Shown: positions 1 through 9,518 of the stretch, in pieces
How positions within the stretch are numbered: the first letter of the stretch is position 1
Layout: each line of letters begins with the position of its first letter
Assembly: GCA_003345545.1 (NCBI GenBank)
Contig: PRDH01000053.1
Location: forward strand, 1-31,114
DNA from: Candidatus Thorarchaeota archaeon
GTDB lineage: Archaea > Asgardarchaeota > Thorarchaeia > Thorarchaeales > Thorarchaeaceae
Direction: 5' to 3'
DNA length: 31,114 nt
Program-made: the position numbers and the translations under genes
The notes under the pieces: model-generated
The model's input: the letters and a program-made list of their open reading frames with translations, nothing else
What the model was told of the DNA's origin: nothing
Database searches by the model: none

Positions 1-276
1 TCGTGTCATTACTTGCAGGAAATTGCTTATGATTGCCATGATTCCGCAAAAAACCAGCATCATTGCTGGCCATCTATACGTGAGAAGGCCAAGGCTTCGC
101 TTCCGAAGTTGTTTTCGAAGTTCTTCTGCCTTTCTCTCTCTCTCAGACATTCTCTTAGATTCGATATGGCGTTCACGTATCGTGAGACCATCACTTGCTT
201 GGTCGATCTCTGCGTCCTCGTCGACTGCATCAACAAGCTCTTCAGCCAAATCCGGGGATTCCTCATCTTCGCGCAT
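1..276 (-). CDS. Membrane protein, runs off the window start (acidic N-terminus, charged helix, then TM segment)
   Basis: Hand-translated and not in the ORF track. ATG at 276 gives MREDEESPDLAEELVDAVDEDAEIDQASDGLTIRERHIESKRMSERERKAEELRKQLRKRSLGLLTYRWPAMMLVFCGIMAIISNFLQVMTR, open to the window edge. Confidence 0.8.
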   Translation of the reverse strand, partial: MREDEESPDLAEELVDAVDEDAEIDQASDGLTIRERHIESKRMSERERKAEELRKQLRKRSLGLLTYRWPAMMLVFCGIMAIISNFLQVMTR

Positions 277-336
277 TCTGTGTCCTGCTGAAACATTTCT
301 TTCTGTATTTAAGCATCAGTATCTAAGAAATATCAT

Positions 337-2214
337 CTACTTTATGCGCAAGCTCTTTTCCACATCCCGCACAACGGCAGACCTCATGATTTCCTCAATT
401 GAACGCACGACGTCATCACGCCGCAATTCACTGCAAATGACTTCCAAGTTCTCATTATGAAACTTATCCGTCAGGAGAATCCGTTCGAGGCAGTTCTGCA
501 GCTTCTCTCCATTGCCAAAGTACAAGTCATATACAAGTGCATTAGCCACATTTTCAAGAAGAACAACTGACCTTCGTTCTTTCTGACCCATATTTGCCCT
601 GTATGATTCTGAGATTACCTCGAATAACGCTGCAAACACGCTGGGATTTCTTGGTCTGACCAATGGTATGTCGTCAACAATCCCAGTGTTCAGACAGGTG
701 GTGAGTTGAGAATAGTTGGTCAGATATCTAACGCAAACGTGGCGAATCAGATTCGAATTCAAGATTAGGCCAATAGCTCTCTTATCAGCTCCCTCAAAGA
801 GAGGAATAATATTGACAATTCCCCCTCCATGAATCGTTCCAGCGGGCTTTATGACACACCTCGGATACCGATAGTTCTTCGTCGCCACAAGCAACTCATT
901 CTCAAATGAGCCTCTCAGTTTTTCGTCATTGCTGTAGCAATCGTCGACATAGACCTGATATTCAGGAACTATACGAAACCTCTGTACGCTTCTTCCGCTT
1001 GTGATGTATGGAAGTGTGAACTCCTTGGTTTTGGTAGTACTCACATGTTGCTTAGGAATGTCTCTACCCCTCGTGGCCATGAGCAGATTCCTCTCCCCTC
1101 GTTTTAGGATCTTCGCGAAAGTCGAGTCATAATAAATTGGAAACACTCTACTTGACTTCAGCACCATTCGTTCCACTTTGTTTGACTGCTCATACCCTGG
1201 TCTTCTCGATTCAATCTCAATGAGGTCACCGCGCTGGTCCTCAGCGTTATCACAGAGGATTGTTATCATCTCAAGAGTCACGTCATCAAACGGACTTCCT
1301 TCATCAATGATTTTCCACAGCCTCATCTCATCTAGGAGGAAACTCCTCGTCTTGCTGAATTGGCCCACTCTGAGAATGCTGTTCGGGACAAGGAATCCGA
1401 GTGTCCCTCCGACACTCAGAAGAGCTCTTGCACGCACGATGAAGTGAGCGGCACTATTCCATGTACCGCCCCGACTACCGCCGACCACGAATGGATAATT
1501 GCGTCTAATGAACAGCTTCTCAGACGGACCCAGAAGACAACCATACGGTGGATTGCCCAACACAACGTCAAAACCAGACTGAGGGGGCTTCATTATCTCT
1601 TCGAATTCAGAGCACCAATGAAATGCATCAACCTCAGAGAGCTCTTCTGTCAATCGTGAATCGACGCAATCCTGAGCGTTGGTGAATCCGGTCAGGCTAT
1701 TGCCTCTTCTTACATTCGTCATATCAGTCATCTCGAAGGATGCTGATTCATAGTCATCTTTCTTTGCCCATGCTTGAAGGCTATGCATGCAAGAATTCAC
1801 AGCATCATCTGATACATCTACTCCAAATAGCGAATTCAATACTATATGCGACCGTATCTCATGAGCTTCCAGTCCTTCTCCCAGCGATACTCTCGTCTTT
1901 AGCAGCCAATCTGCTGCAGCAAGAAGAAACGCCCCTGCACCGACCGCTGGGTCCAGAACCTTGATCTTTCTTATCCGATCAATGATGTGCCCTCTTTCCA
2001 TTGCGCTCATTTCATGAATACTCGTGAAATCGTCATGATTCCTTCCGTATCGGTTTCTGAGCCATGCGCTGAGGGCTTCTTCTGCTATGAAGTTGGCAAG
2101 ATACTGAGGTGTGTAGTATGAACCCAATCTCTTCCTTCTCATTCTTGATTGGACTGTGGCGTTTGATACCTTCCGAACTGTGCGTGAGTCTTCCATCTTT
2201 GCCGAATTCCTCAT
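337..2214 (-). CDS. N6-adenine DNA methyltransferase (gamma class, Eco57I/TaqI-like) with C-terminal target-recognition region
   Basis: Motifs GSYYTP, VLDPAVGAGAFL (SAM binding), LFGVD, FDVVLGNPPYG (catalytic) and GFLVPNS. Start is probably ATG 2214 or 2196, since the track start at 2337 spans the divergent promoter. Confidence 0.9.
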   Translation of the reverse strand: MRNSAKMEDSRTVRKVSNATVQSRMRRKRLGSYYTPQYLANFIAEEALSAWLRNRYGRNHDDFTSIHEMSAMERGHIIDRIRKIKVLDPAVGAGAFLLAAADWLLKTRVSLGEGLEAHEIRSHIVLNSLFGVDVSDDAVNSCMHSLQAWAKKDDYESASFEMTDMTNVRRGNSLTGFTNAQDCVDSRLTEELSEVDAFHWCSEFEEIMKPPQSGFDVVLGNPPYGCLLGPSEKLFIRRNYPFVVGGSRGGTWNSAAHFIVRARALLSVGGTLGFLVPNSILRVGQFSKTRSFLLDEMRLWKIIDEGSPFDDVTLEMITILCDNAEDQRGDLIEIESRRPGYEQSNKVERMVLKSSRVFPIYYDSTFAKILKRGERNLLMATRGRDIPKQHVSTTKTKEFTLPYITSGRSVQRFRIVPEYQVYVDDCYSNDEKLRGSFENELLVATKNYRYPRCVIKPAGTIHGGGIVNIIPLFEGADKRAIGLILNSNLIRHVCVRYLTNYSQLTTCLNTGIVDDIPLVRPRNPSVFAALFEVISESYRANMGQKERRSVVLLENVANALVYDLYFGNGEKLQNCLERILLTDKFHNENLEVICSELRRDDVVRSIEEIMRSAVVRDVEKSLRIK

Positions 2215-2335
2215 TGATGCTCGCTTCGACTCGACTTGGGCAGAACATTCCGTATAATGGACCTGGCTATATCTTAGATAGTATGGCAATTTATCTTTGC
2301 ACAAGCTTTTTTTATGTGAAAACTTTGACCAGCTC

Positions 2336-4219
2336 ATGAAGAAGCTGTGGCTCTATCCTGCCCTTTTGCTCATCATATTCTCAATTCCGCACAACATGAT
2401 GACTCCCATAGGAGTCAGTGATTCACAGCTCAGAGGATTAGTTCAACCTGCAAACGATATGCAGCGAATATATGGCGTAAACATAGCTCCAGCAATCTAT
2501 GAGCTGGTAGACGCCGCAGAATACCTATCATATGTTCAGAAACTCACTGAGAATGGTTCTCGTAGTATTTTCAGGTACACGGCAATCCCCGGAAGCAATA
2601 ATGAACTGGCCCGTAACTGGCTTGTAGAGAAGATGATGGAAGTCTCGAGCGGACGGATTGAAATCGAGCTCATTGGTGATTATATGAATATCGTCGGAAG
2701 GTTGCCAGGATACCTGCCAAGCAATGACAATCCTGTGTTTGTCGTGTCTGCACATTATGACACTGTTGAGATGTCTCCTGGTGCTAACGATGATGCGAGC
2801 GGAATAGCTGTGCTCCTCGAGTTATCACGTATAATGTCACTGTATGAGTGGCCTCTTGACATCTATTTCGTAGCGTTCAATGGTGCGCATGCATTACAGG
2901 AGATCGAGATTCCGGTGCCTGGCCGCCTTCAGGGAAGTCCTGAGGTAGCTGAAGCTTTTCAATCAGCTGGGATTGACATCCTTGCAATGTATGATGTCAA
3001 CACGATTCTACGACAGAATACGTATGCACCCGATAGTGAAGCACTGCTCCTAGCTTACAACAACCTTGGCGAGAATTACTATCACGTGAGTCAATATTGG
3101 GCTGAGCTTGGCAAGTCAATGGCAGCCATCTATGGATCAGATATTGTAAGTCCAATTCCGTCAGATACCTTTTCACACTGGACTAAATCAGACCATATTA
3201 AATTCATTCAGGCAGGATATAGTAGCGTCGTTCTAGCTTTCGAATCTGGTTTTCAATATGATAATGCGTATCACACTCCTCAGGATGTGTGGAGCTGGAG
3301 TCAATACGATTTCTTCCTCGGGAGTGAAACCACTGCGCTTATTGGAGCAAGCATGGCATATACTATGGGAAGAGCTTATGGGGAGGACACTCAGCTCTTC
3401 GATAGGGAAGAGGTAGATGGCAGCCGCGTTCTTCGATACTACTTTCCCATTAGCATTGCGACAACTATTAACATAACCTCACGATGGTATGGCGGCCCAG
3501 CTACCTTTGTTATGTACGCGCCAAACGGAGCAATACTTGGCACAGCCAACTACTCAACAAGCCATCCTTGGGAGTTCACGCAAGTCTTCTCGTCATATGT
3601 GATGCAGAAAGGCTTGTACCGACTTGATATCATCAATGCAGGCTCACACATGCTCGGCGTGGATACCTACGCCGGATTCCAGACCGATATGAATGGAAAC
3701 GGAATCACAGATCGGGACGAGTATTGGTTAGAGTCAGCTCTCTTTCAGAGTGACTCCGACTTTGACAACGTAAGCGATGCTTTGGAGATAATCTATGGAA
3801 CGGATAGGGAGAGTGCTGATTCGGATAATGACACATTGCCTGACGCCTGGGAGCTTGAGAGAGGTCTAGACCCGACTGACCCTACGGATGCAAATGACGA
3901 TTCTGATGGGGATTCCTTGACAAATGCGCAAGAATACTACTACGGTACTGACATCTTCGATACAGACTCAGACTCGGATGGAATGCCAGATTATTGGGAA
4001 GTGTCGCATGGTCTGAATCCGTTGTTTGATGATGCAAACGAGGATGCTGATAATGACCGTTACACTAACCTTCAGGAATACCAGCGAGGTTCTGATCCTA
4101 GTGAGGCTGAGGTCGAACCAATTCCACTCACTTGGGTAGCTATTCCTTCTGCAGCGGTCATCCTATTGGGGATTGGAGTCTATATCGTTCGGCGAGAATG
4201 GGTTTATCGACAGGAGTAG
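2336..4219 (+). CDS. Secreted, membrane-anchored M28-family metallopeptidase homologue with Asp-rich TSP3-like Ca-binding repeats
   Basis: Signal peptide MKKLWLYPALLLII. M28 motifs SAHYDT, GANDDASGIAVLLE, SDH and YHTPQD. Repeats of DSDxDxLxDxxExxxGxDP. C-terminal TM helix followed by RR. Confidence 0.88.
   Translation: MKKLWLYPALLLIIFSIPHNMMTPIGVSDSQLRGLVQPANDMQRIYGVNIAPAIYELVDAAEYLSYVQKLTENGSRSIFRYTAIPGSNNELARNWLVEKMMEVSSGRIEIELIGDYMNIVGRLPGYLPSNDNPVFVVSAHYDTVEMSPGANDDASGIAVLLELSRIMSLYEWPLDIYFVAFNGAHALQEIEIPVPGRLQGSPEVAEAFQSAGIDILAMYDVNTILRQNTYAPDSEALLLAYNNLGENYYHVSQYWAELGKSMAAIYGSDIVSPIPSDTFSHWTKSDHIKFIQAGYSSVVLAFESGFQYDNAYHTPQDVWSWSQYDFFLGSETTALIGASMAYTMGRAYGEDTQLFDREEVDGSRVLRYYFPISIATTINITSRWYGGPATFVMYAPNGAILGTANYSTSHPWEFTQVFSSYVMQKGLYRLDIINAGSHMLGVDTYAGFQTDMNGNGITDRDEYWLESALFQSDSDFDNVSDALEIIYGTDRESADSDNDTLPDAWELERGLDPTDPTDANDDSDGDSLTNAQEYYYGTDIFDTDSDSDGMPDYWEVSHGLNPLFDDANEDADNDRYTNLQEYQRGSDPSEAEVEPIPLTWVAIPSAAVILLGIGVYIVRREWVYRQE
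3686..4110 (+). repeat. Protein-level tandem Asp-rich repeats (DxDxDGxxDxxExxxGxDP), about 7 copies
   Basis: DMNGNGITD, DSDFDNVSDALE, DSDNDTLPDAWE, DSDGDSLTNAQE, DSDSDGMPDYWE and DADNDRYTNLQE in the translation. Confidence 0.85.
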
Positions 4220-4251
4220 GAGATTCGCTCAAGCCGGCTGGGCGACCATTG

Positions 4252-4948
4252 TTAGGCCTCTCCTTGCTGGAGTTCTCTTGGATTTGGGATATGTACTCCA
4301 TGAGGGAAGTTAGGCTAACTTGGCATTAAAGCAAACACTCCTTCTGAAATGGAGTATTTCTGACCCAAATACGCTATTCCGGCCAGAAGAAGAAAGAGTG
4401 CAATGACGAAAAACAGCGAGTTTGGCAGGAAAATGACAACTGCAAACAAGAACCCTAATAGCGGATGAACCCTGGGCCAGCTAGAGTACTCCTTGATTGC
4501 CCATGATAGACTCCTAGAGTCGTGACATTGAGGCCATCTGGGCGTTCGCATATTACTGTTCCAAGATAGAGTTCCCTGATTGTTAATGAATCGGGAGTAC
4601 TGTGGAATGCAGGCGAAAAAACGGGGGCCATGAGCAAGAACGTCAGCCGAGAAATGCCCGTCACAATTGACAAAATCGATTCGATGACGGCTAAGACAAG
4701 AATAATCAACAGAAACAGAACAAGGGGCCTTTCATTGACTGCAGCTCCTATACCGGATTTCCATTTTGTCGCATCCATGGGATTAGACAAAATCCCATAG
4801 GATATGCATTGTGTTGAATGCCCACGTCGCTCTTGCCTTCGATTCTCTTGCTCAGCCCTTCGGCTAGAACCATCAGGTCAATTTGGCGCTTTGCTTCATA
4901 GAATGTGATTCACCCTACTCCCAAAATCAGGAAATCAATGAACTCCAT
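4252..4948 (-). pseudogene. Probable degraded multi-pass membrane protein gene split over three frames
   Basis: ATG 4948 gives MEFIDFLILGVG*(TGA 4912-4910)ITFYEAKRQ. It is followed by overlapping hydrophobic ORFs 4790-4455 and 4551-4315 in the other two frames. Confidence 0.55.
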
Positions 4949-5019
4949 ACAATCTCCTGAAACCAACCTGTTCTGAGTTCAAATAAACCTAGTCACTTCT
5001 CAGTTTTCCAATTTGACCA

Positions 5020-5064
5020 GCTGAGAAGAAAAAGAATGGAAGCGGTTGGGAAGTATTCCCAACC
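5020..5064 (-). terminator. Hairpin + U-tract terminator after the SPFH gene
   Basis: 9-bp stem GGTTGGGAA-gta-TTCCCAACC (5044-5064), followed on the minus strand by TTCTTTTTCTTCT. Confidence 0.7.
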
Positions 5065-5073
5065 CTTCAGCGT

Positions 5074-5958
5074 CTATGCTACTTTCGTGCCACAATTGGG
5101 GCAGAACTTTGCGCCTTGGAGAGCTGTGCCGCAGTTCGGGCAGAACTTGGCTCCTGCTGGAGCTGCGCCGCCGCCTTGCTGCTGTCCTCCTGCACCCATC
5201 ATACCTGCAGCTGATCCCAAGAAGCCCATGCCCGCGCCAAAACCGGCACCAGGGCTCTTGCCTAGAGACTCAGCTGAAGACTTGACGGTCTCTGAACCCA
5301 GCATCTGCGCACCGCTCACTCCACCGGTCTTCATGAAGAAGAGTCGTTCACGATACTTCTCTGTAGTGTCAATGCCTTCAAACTTCAGGTCGACAAGTTC
5401 TAGACCGATTCTCTCGAAGTTCATGCGTACTTGGGTCTTGACCTTGAGTGAGGTTTCATCAAGTTGTGTAAAGACTGCCTGGAGGTCATAGTGTGCGAAC
5501 TCGTCGATGATTCGCTCATTCATGAATGACCGCAGGAAGTCATTGACCTTCTGTGTCGTGAATGCATTCTGATTCGAGACGACCTCAGTCACGAAGACCT
5601 TTGGCTCTTTGACTCGGAACCAGAAATTACCGTGAAACATGAGCGGGGCAAGATCGCTGGTCTGTCCCCTTCCACCGTATTTGCCTTGGAACTGTGAGCG
5701 TGAAATGAAGATACAGGTGGCCTCAAAGACGTCACCCTTGATCTTCTTCTGCAGCCAACCGACAAGGCCCGGCATACTACTGGTGGTCAGTTTGTGGCGG
5801 CCCGCAAGGAAAGTATCCAAAGCTTGACCATCTCTATAGAAGATAGCGGCCTGGTTTTCCAATACGATGAGTTGCGAGCCCCAATCGATTCTGTTGTCTG
5901 GATATTTCCAGACGATGTGATCAGGACTGGCATTAGTCCATTCAATTGCATCTGCCAT
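5074..5958 (-). CDS. SPFH/Band-7 domain protein (YdjI-like) with C-terminal double zinc ribbon
   Basis: IVWKYP, GSQLIVxENQxAIFYRDG and GRHxLxT. Gly-rich GAGFGAGMGF linker, then KFCPNCGT twice. Confidence 0.9.
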   Translation of the reverse strand: MADAIEWTNASPDHIVWKYPDNRIDWGSQLIVLENQAAIFYRDGQALDTFLAGRHKLTTSSMPGLVGWLQKKIKGDVFEATCIFISRSQFQGKYGGRGQTSDLAPLMFHGNFWFRVKEPKVFVTEVVSNQNAFTTQKVNDFLRSFMNERIIDEFAHYDLQAVFTQLDETSLKVKTQVRMNFERIGLELVDLKFEGIDTTEKYRERLFFMKTGGVSGAQMLGSETVKSSAESLGKSPGAGFGAGMGFLGSAAGMMGAGGQQQGGGAAPAGAKFCPNCGTALQGAKFCPNCGTKVA

Positions 5959-6179
5959 AAGAACACCCGTTGTTTTCGAGTTCTAATTCGATAGAGGTGT
6001 CATAGGTTTTAAACATTGACATGGTATGTTCAATCGGTTTCTATTCGGTCAGAACCGCCAATTGCACCGCAGGGCAGAATCATCATCATCGAATAAGGCC
6101 CGCAGTAGCAAGATCATTGCTTTTGCTCCTAGAGGTCAAGTTATTAGAGAACAGTCCTCGAGTGCGATTGTGCACTACT

Positions 6180-6629
6180 TTGATTGATGATGAGACCTCT
6201 GGACAACCTGCGGATGAGAAAGAGGCAGAGAGCGCTCGACCGCCCGTGAGAGCCTTCAATCCTCTGGCGAACTATCTCTTCTATGCAATCACCGTGCTCG
6301 CGGCATACGTGCTGTACTACTACTTCGGTTTCCCTGCAGTCATTGCAATGATGCTATTCTTTGTTATTCGACTGACACGTGACACTGCACATGTTGTCAA
6401 GACCTACGAGTACAAGTTTGCCCGACAGGCAGCAGTGGCAAATCTCGTATACTCCATGACCTTCTTCACGATACTCGTCGTTAATGGTCTGGCTATTTCG
6501 CAGATCGGAGTTCCTGTTATTCTTCCAGACTTCCAAGACTTGACATCATGGACTCCAATCTTGATTATGGGCGGCGTATTTGGAATGTCGAACATCAAGC
6601 GTATGTGGGGTCCACTTCCCTCTCTCTAG
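6180..6629 (+). CDS. Hypothetical membrane protein (~4 TM)
   Basis: Hydrophobic segments after an acidic N-terminus. Likely TTG start at 6180 (track start 6021). Confidence 0.7.
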   Translation: MIDDETSGQPADEKEAESARPPVRAFNPLANYLFYAITVLAAYVLYYYFGFPAVIAMMLFFVIRLTRDTAHVVKTYEYKFARQAAVANLVYSMTFFTILVVNGLAISQIGVPVILPDFQDLTSWTPILIMGGVFGMSNIKRMWGPLPSL

Positions 6630-7381
6630 ATATCAAATGACATCAAATCCTCAGCCAAACACACGTCTGTGCCATGACGTGATCCGACAATTTCCACGAC
6701 CTTCTGCCTACTCTTGACTACTTCTGGGGAGAGATGTGTCAGAACCACTCTTGACGGTACTATTTCCTCAACTATCAGAGCCAATTCACTGGGAGAAGTA
6801 TGTACTCCATGAGGATGTTGTCCGTCCAGCCAGTTACACTCATGAATCAGAATGTCAGTATTCTTCGCAAATCTACTCAATTCCTGAGATGGTGCGGTAT
6901 CTGAAGAAAAGACTACTGTTTCACCGTCTGCCCGTATTTTGAAGGCTCTTGTATCCATAGTGCCATGAATCGTGGAGTGATTTGAAACTGCAGTTTCTCC
7001 TAATTTGACAACCTCGTTCTCACTGAGTTGCGACGCTTGAATCTCCAACATATCTCTGAGGTAGGGAAATGCAGTATCTCGAATCCCTCTGAGCCAATCG
7101 CGAATAAAGGGTGGGCCATACACCTTGAGAGGTCTCTCTGATTTTGTCATCCATAGGCTCTGGCACAAGGTCAAGAAATCTGAGCAATGGTCAATGTGAA
7201 AGTGACTGATGAAGAGAGAGCTGATTTTTCGAAGATCGATCTCTAGTTGGGCAAGTCTATGTAGAACTCCTGAACCGATATCAAGCAGTATCTTTTCCTC
7301 CCCCGACTCAACAAATATGCCTGATTGCACTCTCTCCGGATCAGGGTATGAAGTGCCCGTACCCAGCATAGTAATCTTCAT
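6626..7381 (-). CDS. Metallo-beta-lactamase-fold hydrolase, RNase Z/ElaC-like
   Basis: MKITMLGTG, LLDIGSG, SHFHIDHCSD (HxHxDH), SSDT, LIHEC, HT and LTHL. Start at ATG 7381. Confidence 0.88.
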   Translation of the reverse strand: MKITMLGTGTSYPDPERVQSGIFVESGEEKILLDIGSGVLHRLAQLEIDLRKISSLFISHFHIDHCSDFLTLCQSLWMTKSERPLKVYGPPFIRDWLRGIRDTAFPYLRDMLEIQASQLSENEVVKLGETAVSNHSTIHGTMDTRAFKIRADGETVVFSSDTAPSQELSRFAKNTDILIHECNWLDGQHPHGVHTSPSELALIVEEIVPSRVVLTHLSPEVVKSRQKVVEIVGSRHGTDVCLAEDLMSFDI

Positions 7382-7516
7382 AGTTTTCACCTTTGTGATA
7401 CACGAGAACACTAGTTCGCGCTTTCATTTCACGAAAAGCAACACGCATTTATGCTAGTTTCAATCTGGTTCACTTTAACATTTCTAACCTTCAGGTTAAG
7501 AGTGGAGAGTGAAAGT

Positions 7517-8353
7517 TTGGTTAAAGAAGAATTCGACTGGAAAACGTTGATTCAATACATGTCAGCTATTGCATTGGCACTATTCTTTCTGATCTACCTG
7601 CCTTGGACATATCTGTCAGCGGCAGTGCTTGCTGATCCAGTACTGACATGGGTTTACTACTTTACTCTAGTAATCGGGCTATTATTCCCGATGTACTATG
7701 CCATCGGAAAAGAGAATATGGCCTGGTTCTGCCTGGGCCTAGCTCTAATCCTGGATTCAATACTGTGGATGGTGGTAGAAGCAGCACAGGCAGCTGCAGC
7801 GGCAATGTTCCTAATTGTGGGTGTGTTATTCTTTATTGCTCCGTTCCTCGAGAACAGAATGAAGAACTGGGACCTCATCAAGAACATCTTTCACTTCCTG
7901 AAAGGTCTGTTCATTGTGCTGGGTGTTGCCCTCTATGCGAACTTTGATTTGAATGCAATGATCGGAACAACAAGTGCCAACCATATCATGCCCCAGTTCA
8001 TCTACATGGGCGGCGGCATCATGGTGGTATTTGGAGTATGCCTTTTAGTGTACGGGCTTTTTAACATCTTCAAGATGTACCTGGGTGACAAAATAGGTGG
8101 CTTCTTTGGCGACCTGGCGAAGATCTTCTACATGCTAATGGTTCTGGTGTTCCTTCTGGGAATCACCTACAACATTGTCTACTACGCGCCATACGGAATC
8201 CTCCTCAACTATTGGACCTATGCAGGACCATCTGCATCCATAGACTTCTTCAGAAACATGTCGGTCCTCGGTACAACGAATCTCGGAGCCATACTTCTGA
8301 TCATACTATTCATCTATGGCATGGGCAAGATAGCCAAGAAATTCGAACAATAG
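7517..8353 (+). CDS. Polytopic membrane protein (~8-9 TM), unknown function
   Basis: Continuous hydrophobic helices. TTG 7517 is preceded by GGAG. Confidence 0.8.
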   Translation: MVKEEFDWKTLIQYMSAIALALFFLIYLPWTYLSAAVLADPVLTWVYYFTLVIGLLFPMYYAIGKENMAWFCLGLALILDSILWMVVEAAQAAAAAMFLIVGVLFFIAPFLENRMKNWDLIKNIFHFLKGLFIVLGVALYANFDLNAMIGTTSANHIMPQFIYMGGGIMVVFGVCLLVYGLFNIFKMYLGDKIGGFFGDLAKIFYMLMVLVFLLGITYNIVYYAPYGILLNYWTYAGPSASIDFFRNMSVLGTTNLGAILLIILFIYGMGKIAKKFEQ

Positions 8354-8368
8354 CCTTTGTCAATAACT

Positions 8369-8413
8369 GGGAAGGAGGGATTCCTCCTTTCCTTTCTCTT
8401 TCTTTTCAGTTTC
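8369..8413 (+). terminator. Hairpin + pyrimidine/U-tract terminator
   Basis: GGGAAGGAGG-gatt-CCTCCTTTCC followed by TTTCTCTTTCTTTTC, 15 nt after the stop. Confidence 0.75.
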
Positions 8414-8600
8414 AAGTCATTGACAAGACTGCTATAGTATGACATCGTTGTTTGGTTTCTACAATCATCCATTCGCACATCCGTTGTTTTGAGGAAGCTG
8501 CTAATATTGTGGATTTGCATCGTGATATTGGGTACTCATTCAGAGCGAACTACTTACATGTCCATGTAACAGGATAACTTGTGAGGCGAGCGAGTTGTCC

Positions 8601-9398
8601 ATGCGAAGTGCACGCAAGTTGGCCAGAGTTTTTCGGAATTATGATTTGGCCGTCAAGGAACTTCATGTGGGTTTTGGAGCCGCTTCTCCGGAGAAGCCAT
8701 CTGTCGTCATAGACCACACATCATATCCTGGCGTTGAAGCTCATCTTTTCACAATCGCCGATGCTGCCCTCTGGAATGCCCAGTTCACTTCAGACCGTGA
8801 TGTGCTTCTCAGTCAATCAGTAATCGACCTCGAGGCCAAGGACCAGGCAGAGCCCACTGATGCAAGCATTCAAGCATGGAGTAGGCTCACCTCTGTTCTA
8901 TCCTCTATCATGGATTGCATGAAGTTCCACAAGGAGAGTATTGCCCGCGGCCAGTATGGGACAGTGATATGGGGCCAGCACGCTACTGAATGGCATCGCG
9001 AATTGTGGGAATCAAGAATCCACGAACTTGTGCCACCAAGTGAGTTCATCGACTATGTCGACACTTCAATCCGGCCTCACATAACGGAGCTGAATGACCT
9101 CGGCTTTACAACGGTAGAGAGTTGCTCAGGAATGCTGATAGACCATCCTGACCGAGAGCCCTATAGACCCTATGTGATGTTCGATGAGAGGAGCTATCGT
9201 GGCGCTACTCCTCATTTCTTCGCACTTGGCGACATGGCCGGCTGGGAAACCATGTATGCACCTCATGGGTTTGATGTCTACATTCGTGTCTTCACTAGTG
9301 ATGACACCGAGGACGCTTGGGCGCGACTAGTCAGGAATGCAAGAATACTTGGTCCCTTGCTCGCTGCGCATAGGAGATCCAATGGTCGTGGTAGCTAG
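8601..9398 (+). CDS. Hypothetical protein with internal tandem duplication; C-terminal copy has a TYW3/Taw3-like signature
   Basis: YVDTSIRPHITELNDLGFTTVESCSG resembles the D-x2-I-x6-N...T-x2-SCSG motif of TYW3-fold proteins. The N- and C-halves align with each other. Confidence 0.75.
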   Translation: MRSARKLARVFRNYDLAVKELHVGFGAASPEKPSVVIDHTSYPGVEAHLFTIADAALWNAQFTSDRDVLLSQSVIDLEAKDQAEPTDASIQAWSRLTSVLSSIMDCMKFHKESIARGQYGTVIWGQHATEWHRELWESRIHELVPPSEFIDYVDTSIRPHITELNDLGFTTVESCSGMLIDHPDREPYRPYVMFDERSYRGATPHFFALGDMAGWETMYAPHGFDVYIRVFTSDDTEDAWARLVRNARILGPLLAAHRRSNGRGS

Positions 9399-9416
9399 TC
9401 ATAGCCAGAAAATGAG

Positions 9417-9493
9417 AGAATCTTCCGAGAATATTGCGGCAAGATTCTAAGGTTAAGTTGGCGTCTGCGAGCCTGATAGATGCCAGCAGACGC
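9417..9493. terminator. Two tandem hairpins between convergent genes (likely bidirectional terminator)
   Basis: AGAATCTT/AAGATTCT (9417-9448) and GCGTCTGC/GCAGACGC (9461-9493). Confidence 0.5.
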
Positions 9494-9518
9494 TCCAGCG
9501 AATGATGTTTCCTCCCGC

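Noticed and set aside
13-460. Track ORFs 13..291, 23..460 and 60..296
   Set aside because: They are shadows of the more protein-like minus-strand ORF starting at 276 that runs off the window.
337-2337. Complete restriction-modification, BREX or other defence island
   Set aside because: No nuclease, helicase, specificity subunit or mobility gene is adjacent.
3686-4110. Repetitive sequence as a CRISPR array or DNA tandem repeat
   Set aside because: The repeats exist only at protein level. There are no identical nucleotide repeats with spacers anywhere in the window.
4910-4912. In-frame TGA as possible selenocysteine (some Asgard archaea use Sec)
   Set aside because: The context (LILGVG*ITF) is hydrophobic rather than redox-like, no SECIS was recognised, and further frameshifts indicate decay.
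6626-7381. Assigning the gene symbol rnz
   Set aside because: The protein is short with no evident tRNA-binding exosite arm, so it could be another ElaC/AtsA-like hydrolase.
8601-9398. Calling this a true taw3
   Set aside because: It lacks the SCSGR Arg and other Taw3 motifs I could recognise, and it has a duplicated architecture.
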